From Balanoglossus misakiensis (lineage: Eukaryota > Animalia > Hemichordata), in NCBI GenBank assembly GCA_040954595.2, contig CM082585.2:11608979-11672978 (forward strand): 64,000 nt of DNA. The letters run 5' to 3'. Both the position numbers and the translations under genes were made by a program. Numbering within the stretch: position 1 is the stretch's first letter; each line of letters opens with the position of its first letter. This document shows positions 54,601 to 64,000 of this stretch, piece after piece. The notes under the pieces were generated by a model. It ran no database searches. It worked only from the letters and a program-made list of their open reading frames with translations, and was not told the origin of the DNA.

Positions 54601-54726
54601 TTTCTGTGTTTTCTAGGAATCGCCGGTGGTTGGAGGAATACCTTTACCGTTGCTCAAAGCGAGATTTTCAACAAAGATTACAACGAAAAAATGAAGGGTT
54701 ATGAATATTTGAAATACGAATTTTAA
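51622..54726 (+). CDS. Cytosolic sulfotransferase (SULT1-like); exons 51622-51781, 53153-53412, 53648-53771, 54019-54113, 54207-54378, 54617-54726
   Basis: REDDVFLVTYPKAGTNW (5'-PSB loop), SPRRLPTHL (catalytic His), RNPKDCIVS (3'-PB), LRFEDMKKD, TSFEYMK, RKGIAGGWRNTFTVAQSE. Confidence 0.92.
52932..53089. repeat. Compound (TG)n/(CTGC)n microsatellite
   Basis: Read directly from the sequence; it accounts for the low-complexity ORFs here. Confidence 0.9.
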
Positions 54727-55210
54727 ATTTTATATTTTAATGGCCAACAGCCTTTCATTTCCCCAGTTAAATCCACAAATACCTACAAATGTATAATTTA
54801 TAACCTAGAAATAATAACACTCGTTTTGACTAGAATACTTACCACGGATTCTTCATTATTCAGTTGTCAAGTTACGGAAGCAAGTGGACTGACAACATAA
54901 TTATCTACATTACGACTTTTCCTCCCTGACGTAAAAAAAGAAGTGTACTGCGTCGTAAGTAAAAGTGAACGAAAATATTGGCGGTATGATTTCGTCAGAT
55001 GTAAACGAGTTGGAGTGGGCGTTGCTCATAGACGCAGTTTCAATAAAGCTTGAACATGGAACAGTTCATTGTACATTTATTTACCAACTGTTGTTGCATG
55101 CCGGAGTGTATGAAGGAAGAAACCCGACCATTAATGATAAATTGTAGAAATAAAAATATTAGTCTCAATGAAATGTGTATATCTCTTTCATGTAGGCCTT
55201 GTGTGTGTAT

Positions 55211-55234
55211 GAGAGAGAGAGAGAGAGAGAGAGA
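55211..55234. repeat. (GA)n microsatellite
   Basis: Read directly from the sequence. Confidence 0.85.
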
Positions 55235-55524
55235 CCTGCCGTACGCCCCCTGGAGGCCAACCGAGGAGATATGCGAACTTTGTGTTTTAACTACTAGTAG
55301 TACATATATTGGGATTCAGAGCCAAATCCATGTTGACTCGTGGATCACGAAATATCTACATTTTAAAACAAAACTGACGTTTACCTACTTAATTTATAAG
55401 TAGTTCTTCAATTGTCTAAAATAAGCACATTAAACACAAACCTCTGCGGGATTTTTAGGTAAACATTTTTTATGTTCATATCCGAGAAAACTCTGATTCC
55501 ATTGCTTTCTAAAAGTCATCCAAA

Positions 55525-58500
55525 ATGGCAGCCACCATGAAAACGTTTCGTCGACTGCTGCTTCTTCGTCGAGGGATGTCAAACAGACCGTCTAAGATGC
55601 ATGGATATGTCTCACCCTGTTTACAAACTGGGCACCCAAAGCTGTACCACGATGGGAGAAACAAAATGGACGAAAGCGAACTCTGGAAAGTCTACCACGA
55701 AACGAAGAGCTGGTGTCAACAACAAGGTGGGCGTGGTTGTTTGTTTACACGGCGATCGTATACAGTGTATATACGATCGCCGTGTAAACAAACAACCCTC
55801 ACGCGACTGTGGTTTACCTGCAGTTCAGTAGCTCGAGGTTTTGCCTTGGTTAGTGTGGTAGACGGTAAAACCAGACGTCTACCACACAAACCGAGGCAAA
55901 ACCTCGAGCTACTGAACTGCAGCTAGGCGTGGTTGTGACAATGTATATGGATGGAGGCCTTATCCGATCGATCTAGAAGCTCCATGAAGGCTACCAGAGA
56001 TGGAGAGATTGACGTCAACAAAATACCAACAATGATATAGGACCCACATAGCAACTTACATACTCGCTTACTTCTTAGAGGTGAACTCGGTCATATATCA
56101 GAGTGACGTATCTCACACAGTGTTGTCAATTATTGATACTGGGCACAGTTCAAGCATTGTTGTATCAGTCAATTTTACGTTGCTGTTCACACATACTCAT
56201 CTGTTCCTGGTTTTAGCACAACAAAACTACAAGTGGATAAACCCAAGAGCGGTATTTGCCAACAATGAAATTAGTCTCTCTGACATTGATGTGTATGGCT
56301 TTGACTATGACTATACCTTAGCAACATACACAGATGACCTCCACCATCTTATTTACAAGCTGGCTAAAGATGTACTCATTAAATTGAAAAAGGTAAACAA
56401 ACAAACCATACTCTTTGTCAATCATTACTTTTCTGTTTCTGAATATGGGAAATTTAGTGGCTATCAAGTTAACTATATCTGAGGAAGGAATTCAATCACT
56501 ATACAGAAATGACCCTTTAACATATTATGCTAACTTGGAATTAGCTTTAATCCTCTTTATTTTTGTCATCAGTACCCAGAAGATATTGCAGATCTTCCAT
56601 ATCAACCAGACTTTGCTGTTCGAGGTCTTCACTATGATGTGTCAAAGGTCGGTGAAGTGTCTTTGTTAACAATTGTCACACACACTTTAATACTGACACG
56701 AAGGCTGAATGAAATAGATTGGAGTGTGTTAATGCTCTTTGAAAGATTAAAGCATTGGTATGAGGTTTATTGTGACTTTCATTTCTTCTCGACAGGGTTT
56801 ACTAATGAAGGTTGATTCCTTTCATTATATTCAACTTGGTACAGTCTACAAGTAAGTCATAACAGAAAGTCTAGAGATGAAAAAATTCAGTGTTGTATTC
56901 TTGGAGCAGTATACATGATTTGGTTGCTTAGTGTAGGTAATAAGTATTGTGAATTGATATGAAACTGTGCCACTTTTATGAAACCCTAGAAAAGCAAATA
57001 TCAAATGCTACCTGTTGACACAGTGGAGATGCTATTTATCATTGACAGGGGTCTAACTCAGGTTTCAGATGAGGAAGTGAAAAGGCTTTATGAAGGCACT
57101 CACATCCCTCTTGGACTGATGAATTCATTTCATGGATCAGTAAGTGTTCACTCATTGATTATGCAAATACATGTAAAGCAGCAGATTGGTCTGATTTGGA
57201 CAAACTCAGACTGACTCTCTGTGAATATCCGAATTTGACAATAATTGAATATGTGACTGTCATCCTGGATGCCCAGACCATGATGCCTCAGTGTTCAGTT
57301 CAAATGATTGTATTTTTGTTTTTGTCCACAGAGTGGTGATCTGAGACAGATGATGGATATGTTCTCCATTCCCGAGATGACACTTCTAGCAAATATTATA
57401 CAGGTGAGTCTTCAGATGGTTTTGTTTGTCAGCTGTAGGGGATGAGTGAGGTTCATCTCTGTGGCATCTTGAACTAAAAGCTTGTTATTGCAGTGAGTGA
57501 GAAGACTAGAAATGAAGTTGTGCAGAACATGATGTTTCACTGCTGTGCCACTGCACAGTTTGCAAATAAACTTCACAGAAACACTACTGCATACATGGTT
57601 GATTTTATACACACAATGTTTTGGTGCTGCATATTCAGGCTTTAGTCATATTAGTCGATGCAAGTTGCAAATACAAATCACAAATTTAATTCAATTCACA
57701 AAATTTTATTTAATTTTACCTTTCAGTATTTCATGCAGAAGAACATACCATATGACCCGGAGTACCTTTTCATTGATGTTCATGTGAGTAATGAGAGATT
57801 TGTAGCAATTGGAAGGAAACCCCCAAAATTACATTCTCACCTTGATTTATCTCTGAAAACATTTCACAAAAATGAAGACGACATGTATATCTATCACTTT
57901 CTAGGATGCTGTGAAGAGCGTACACTATTCCGGGGCAATGCACAGGACTGTTGGTAATGCAGTTGGTAAGTGTGAAGACAGATGACAATATGATGTTTAG
58001 AATAGCAAAGCTGTAACCTGTAGTTATATTGAATATGTGAATGAGAATTTATGTGATTGTATTGTCATCCTACTGTGATCGAGTCAATACTCCAAATTGA
58101 AGTACACATGTCTTGCATGGTCAGTCTGTCCAATAATTTTGGGCGATTCGGAACATGTGGCTGTTTAGTTTGGTGAATTTATGACAAGTCCATTTCTTTG
58201 ATGCTTCACATTTGTGTCACTCAGGTAAATATCTGGAGAGTGGACAGAAAGTGTCTGAGTTGCTTCGGAGACTGAAGAGTATTGGTAAAGAAATATTCCT
58301 AGTAACCAACAGTGCATATGACTTCGTGTGAGTATAAAATGAGGGACAAATCTTCAGAGACACATGGCTGTTGAAAAAGGGTAACGGTCAGTGACTCTGT
58401 TTAACACTTTCTGCAACAAAGTCAAATTGTTGTCATCTTTTCAGAAAATTTATTAACCCTCATTACATTTTCCCCATTTTTCCTAAAATTTTGATCATGA

Positions 58501-60722
58501 CTTGTAGGCTGTGGAAAATAATGCCCACTTGGCCCTAGGACAAAACTGTAAACTGAACATCTTTGTGTGAAAACTGTACTTCAACAACTGGGGTAATTGT
58601 GTTTACATGTTAGAAAATGAACCCAGGATTCGGTAACATTTTCTGGGCTCATATAATTGATCAAATTCATCAGACATGCTTTGTTATTTTTATTTTTGAA
58701 TATTTGCAGAGAAAAGGGAATGAACTACATTGTTGGACCCGATTGGCACGACCTCTTCGACATCATAGTCACCAACGCAAGAAAACCACATTTCTTCAGT
58801 GAATCAAAAAGGTAAGTTTTGCATCTGACCAAGTGTTTCCATTTGGCATTGACATCTCTCAAGTTTCACGTCTGCTTCTGTGTTTTAAGAGTTGTGATTT
58901 CTAAATGAGCTGTACCACATGGTGTCTGATTAAATTTTCATTCTTTGAGACCTTTTTACGTTTACAATGACAGCTTTAAAAATGCCCAATGCACCATACT
59001 CTTTTATTTCTAATAGGCCTTTCCGTCACTTTGATAAGAGTTTGAAAAGTGCTCAGTGGCAAAAAGTGATCCAATTTCAGAAGGGAGCTGTATACTTGGA
59101 GGTAAGAATGTACAAACAGTCAAAGTGTTGGAGATTACGTCAATAATTTGATATGTGAATGACACAATATTCAGGGAATGCATGTCCACTATCCAAGGGA
59201 TATTACATTGTCAACAAAATTTCACAAATGAGTACAGTGGGAAATTGAAAGCCCCTCAAGTGACACATTTTCACTTTATGTTCGTGATAATTATACTATA
59301 AATATTATATCCATTGAATTTGCATCACAGGGTAATTTGGAACAGCTTCACCAGATGACTGGATGGGTAGGTTCCTCTGTGCTGTATTTCGGAGACCATG
59401 TTTACAGTGACTTGGCGGATCCATGTCTGAGACATGGTTGGAGGACTGGTGCCATTATACCAGAATTAGAAGTAAGCCATCTCTGTAGTAATTTTCAAAT
59501 ATTTGTTTTTCATGTTGTGCTGCAAGTTATTTGATGAGTGGTATTGATCTCTGAAAATTACAATTTAATGTAATACAGCATGTTCCTTTGGACTCTCCCT
59601 AATAACTTTGGCGCTATTTTTTTTTCTTTCTTGTTTAGTATGAAATCAACACTATGAACTCTATATCATTCAAGGAATCAGTAACCTGGCTTGTAGCTTT
59701 GCAGAATCTCATTGAAAATATGCAAGTAAGAATTTTGCTTTCTTAAGTGTCAAGAGGGTGTGCTACAAACACCACCTTACCACTTGTACTGGTACTCATG
59801 CAAATAGAGATTAGCGTGACAGAACCTATTCACAGATTTCAGCGACAGTAAACAAGCTGAAAAGCTGTTGTGGGTTGTCCTTTATTTCCCTGTATGACTT
59901 TAAGTGGTGTTTGTTTGGTTTCCTTCACAGATCCATGAGAGTCCGGAGTGTCAGGCTGTGATTTATGAGTGGTTGCAAGAGAGAAATAGACTCAGGTAAT
60001 TTTGAAATCTTTCATTTTGTGATTAGTGTGTGTGACACTCGTGGTCATAACTGACAGTGGTCTTATATACATGTGCGTATTTTTGTGTGTACAATCATTA
60101 TGTTCAATCCAAATTTTCTGCAAATTTTTCATTCGACACACTCAAAGAGTGGACTGCCTTCGCTTCGTTCCATATTTCATGCGCACCATATAAGTAGACT
60201 TTAGTTTTGTCCCTTCTTTTCACCCGATTATCTGTCATTTCCCTATCTCTGACACAGACTATGGGCGCCGCCATCTTGTCTGTTGTTAGGACAGCACACT
60301 GCTGCATGTTATTGACTGTATACAATTTTTGTAAACAGTCTCTGGTTTGGCTCATGCAAATAAGATGATCTTCGCCCTTTAAGTTCACTATACCCCTGTA
60401 GTCAAATAAAAGAGCATGTACATTTCCTGAAACCATTACCCAGTAGAATGACAAAATTTGAAAATTCTTTCACCACAGAATAGCGACCAAAGAAGTCTTC
60501 AACCCAAGGTTTGGCAGCCTCTTCAGAACCTACCACAATCCCACATATTTCTCCAGACGACTCTCGCGTTTTGCAGACTTCTACACTTCAGATATTGTCA
60601 ACCTTCTCGATTATTCGCCAAACTTTACCTTCTATCCACGGAGGTCAGCTCTACCTCATGAAAACTACCACAGTGCAGGAATTCTGAACCATAAACACTT
60701 GACTGATATGATGCACCAATAG
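55525..60722 (+). CDS. 5'-nucleotidase domain-containing protein (NT5DC2/NT5DC3-like HAD hydrolase) with a basic mitochondrial-type presequence
   Basis: [19 protein letters not shown]; [28 protein letters not shown]; FAVRGLHYD; [10 protein letters not shown]; FLVTNS; DWHDLFDII...ARKP; [28 protein letters not shown]; [22 protein letters not shown]; [11 protein letters not shown]. Confidence 0.92.
55735..55926. mobile_element. Two adjacent near-perfect palindromes (MITE-like) at the start of NT5DC intron 1
   Basis: GGTTGTTTGTTTACACGGCGATCGTATA-loop-TATACGATCGCCGTGTAAACAAACAACC (55735-55797) and CTGCAGTTCAGTAGCTCGAGGTTTTGCC...GGCAAAACCTCGAGCTACTGAACTGCAG (55818-55922); GGCGTGGTTGT is repeated on both sides. 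Confidence 0.7.
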
Positions 60723-61589
60723 GTTTCAATTATATTTCGCTAACACTTAACAACACAGTAGCTGTATCAGGGGTTTATTTTGCAAATGTTTTTTGACGGA
60801 AAATCATTGATCAATTCTAACCCCCATAGTCCAAGTGTCATCCCAAGCAGGTAAATCTTGATTAGTATAGTAGTATTAACCTAAAGAATAAAATGCAAAA
60901 AGGCATGGCTACCATATTTGTCAAAAAGAGGGCATCAATACATTACCATGTTTTATAGTTTGTTATATTTCTAAAGAATATTTATTATTCTTCATTTCTT
61001 GGCTCCAGTGTGCTATGATATTTATGTGAAAATAATATATTAAAAAAAGAAATGGAGAATTATTATTTTCAAGCTTATAAACCAAACAGAAATTATAGTA
61101 CTTTTATAAAGAACTCAAAAGTTTTATATGCAACCCACAGGAAACATACAAATCTCGATGTTATCAATGTATGTTGTTTTATTCATGAAATATTACATCC
61201 AATACCTTCTACTTGTCTGTGAAAGAATCTTCACTAGATTTCTTCCTGATACATGAACCTTTTATGTTTGAGTTCATACAGGGTATTTTGTGAGTCTTTG
61301 GTAGCATGTAATATGTTGGACTATATCTATATTTTAAGCATAGAGTAAAGTGAATAAATAAATTATTGTGTACACAATTATTTGTGATTCTCATGTCAAT
61401 ATTGTGTGTTTTCTTCACAAATGTGAAAAAAATGACAGTCCATGGATGGCCTGCCATGTGTCTTCACAATATGTTCCAGCACAGTGCCTATAATTTCTAA
61501 TACATATTTATCCGGGAGTACTTTGTTGCTGGGTTATAGCTCATGAAAATCTTCAAATTTTGACATGAAAATATTGACAAAAAGTGAAG

Positions 61590-62690
61590 ACATTTTGAAA
61601 TTTCGCAAAGTCGAAAAATTGTCATTTTTGGATGATTTTCATGAGCTATAACCCAGGATTTTTTTCAAAAAGTGAAATTTTGAAATTTCGCAAAGTCGAA
61701 AAATCGTCATTTTTGGATGATTTTCATGAGCTATAACCCATGATTTTTTCAAAAAATGAAATTTTGAAATTTCGCGAAGTCGAAAAATTGTCATTTCTGG
61801 ATGATTTTCATGAGCTATAACCCATGATTTTTATCAAAAATCGACGAAATTTCGAAATTCCGGGAAGTCGAAAAATTGTCATTTCTGGATGATTTTCATG
61901 AGCTATAACCCATGATTTTTATCAAAAATCGACGAAATTTCGAAATTCCGGGAAGTCGAAAAATTGTCATTTCTGGATGATTTTCATGAGCTATAACCCA
62001 TGATTTTTATCAAAAATCGACGAAATTTCGAAATTCCTGGAAGTCGAAAAATCGTCATTTCTGGATGATTTTCATGAGCTATAACCCATGATTTTTATCA
62101 AAAATCGACGAAATTTCGAAATTCCTTGAAGTCGAAAAATCGTCATTTCTGGATGATTTTCATGAGCTATAACCAATGATTTTTATCAAAAATCGACGAA
62201 ATTTCGAAATTCCGGGAAGTCGAAAAATCGTCATTTCTGGATGATTTTCATGAGCTATAACCCATGATTTTTATCAAAAATCGACGAAATTTCGAAATTC
62301 CGGGAAGTCGAAAAATCGTCCTGTCTGGATGATTTTCATGAGCTATAACCCATGATTTTCATCAAAAATCGACGAAATTTCGAAATTCCGGGAAGTCGAA
62401 AAATTGTCATTTCTGGATGATTTTCATGAGCTATAACCCATGATTTTTATCAAAAATCGACGAAATTTCGAAATTCCGGGAAGTCGAAAAATCGTCATTT
62501 CTGGATGATTTTCATGAGCTATAACCCATGATTTTTATCAAAAATCGACGAAATTTCGAAATTCCGGGAAGTCGAAAAATCGTCATGTCTGGATGATTTT
62601 CATGAGCTATAACCCATGATTTTCATCAAAAATCGACGAAATTTCGAAATTCCGGGAAGTCGAAAAATCGTCATTTCTGGATGATTTTCC
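61590..62690. repeat. Satellite DNA, ~88-bp monomer (subfamily A)
   Basis: GAGCTATAACCCATGATTTTTATCAAAAATCGACGAAATTTCGAAATTCCGGGAAGTCG... recurs at 61812, 61900 and onward. Confidence 0.95.
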
Positions 62691-64000
62691 TGAGCTATAA
62701 CCCATGGTTTTTTCAAAAAATGGCCAAATTTTCAAAATTCGCAAACTCCAAAAATCGTCGATTTTTGACGATTTTCCTGAGCTATAACCCATGGTTTTTT
62801 CAAAAAATGGCCAAATTTTCAAAATTCGCAAACTCCAAAAATCGTCGATTTTTGACGATTTTCCTGAGCTATAACCCATGGTTTTTTCAAAAAATGGCCA
62901 AATTTTCAAAATTCGCAAACTCCAAAAATCGTCGATTTTTGACGATTTTCCTGAGCTATAACCCATGGTTTTTTCAAAAAATGGCCAAATTTTCAAAATT
63001 CGCAAACTCCAAAAATCGTCGATTTTTGACGATTTTCCTGAGCTATAACCCATGGTTTTTTCAAAAAATGGCCAAATTTTCAAAATTCGCAAACTCCAAA
63101 AATCGTCGATTTTTGACGATTTTCCTGAGCTATAACCCATGGTTTTTTCAAAAAATGGCCAAATTTTCAAAATTCGCAAACTCCAAAAATCGTCGATTTT
63201 TGACGATTTTCCTGAGCTATAACCCATGGTTTTTTCAAAAAATGGCCAAATTTTCAAAATTCGCAAACTCCAAAAATCGTCGATTTTTGACGATTTTCCT
63301 GAGCTATAACCCATGGTTTTTTCAAAAAATGGCCAAATTTTCAAAATTCGCAAACTCCAAAAATCGTCGATTTTTGACGATTTTCCTGAGCTATAACCCA
63401 TGGTTTTTTCAAAAAATGGCCAAATTTTCAAAATTCGCAAACTCCAAAAATCGTCGATTTTTGACGATTTTCCTGAGCTATAACCCATGGTTTTTTCAAA
63501 AAATGGCCAAATTTTCAAAATTCGCAAACTCCAAAAATCGTCGATTTTTGACGATTTTCCTGAGCTATAACCCATGGTTTTTTCAAAAAATGGCCAAATT
63601 TTCAAAATTCGCAAACTCCAAAAATCGTCGATTTTTTGACGATTTTCCTGAGCTATAACCCATGGTTTTTTCAACAAATGGCCAAATTTTCAAAATTCGC
63701 AAACTCCAAAAATCGTCGATTTTTTGACGATTTTCCTGAGCTATAACCCATGGTTTTTTTCAAAAAATGGCCAAATTTTGAAAATTCGCAAACTCCAAAA
63801 ATCGTCGATTTTTGACGATTTTCCTGAGCTATAACCCATGGTTTTTTCAAAAAATGGCCAAATTTTCAAAATTCGCAAACTCCAAAAATCGTCGATTTTT
63901 GACGATTTTCCTGAGCTATAACCCATGGTTTTTTCAAAAAATGGCCAAATTTTCAAAATTCGCAAACTCCAAAAATCGTCGATTTTTTGACGATTTTCCT
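62691..64000. repeat. Satellite DNA, 87-bp monomer (subfamily B), running off the window end
   Basis: GAGCTATAACCCATGGTTTTTTCAAAAAATGGCCAAATTTTCAAAATTCGCAAACTCC... at 62692, 62779 and onward; near-identical copies; the ORF track shows 29-aa periodicity. Confidence 0.97.

Noticed and set aside
62607-63965. Long ORFs (356, 325 and 74 aa) with 29-aa repeats
   Set aside because: These are by-products of an 87-bp (multiple of 3) satellite that is open on both strands; indels break the frame further along.
61590-64000. CRISPR-like regular repeats
   Set aside because: Monomers are contiguous with no unique spacers, there are no cas genes, and the context is eukaryotic.

Overview
This is eukaryotic, intron-rich genomic DNA from what looks like a marine invertebrate, most plausibly a non-vertebrate deuterostome (inference from gene content and style only). 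Nine spliced protein-coding genes can be reconstructed by hand, in order: RNF168 (-), EIF2A (+), a PDZ + beta-trefoil IL-1/IL-18-like cytokine (-), an Ig-Ig-TM-TIR IL-1-receptor-like gene (-), GCC2 (+), FIS1 (-), a GCKIII kinase STK24/25/26 (+), then, after ~11 kb with no recognisable gene, a cytosolic sulfotransferase (+) and NT5DC2/3 (+). The window ends in an 87/88-bp satellite array. The standout is a putative invertebrate IL-1 ligand-receptor pair. An 8-exon, leaderless PDZ-acidic linker-IL-1-fold gene carries the FESAYFRGLYLAVS signature, IL-1-type intron positions and an NF-kB/TATA promoter, and lies directly downstream of a co-oriented IL-1R-like receptor. Also notable are two consecutive U12 introns (GT-AG and AT-AC) and candidate intronic H/ACA snoRNAs in EIF2A, several palindromic MITE-like elements, and a satellite with an inverted-repeat entry and an abrupt subfamily switch. 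All gene models are manual and no database search was run.
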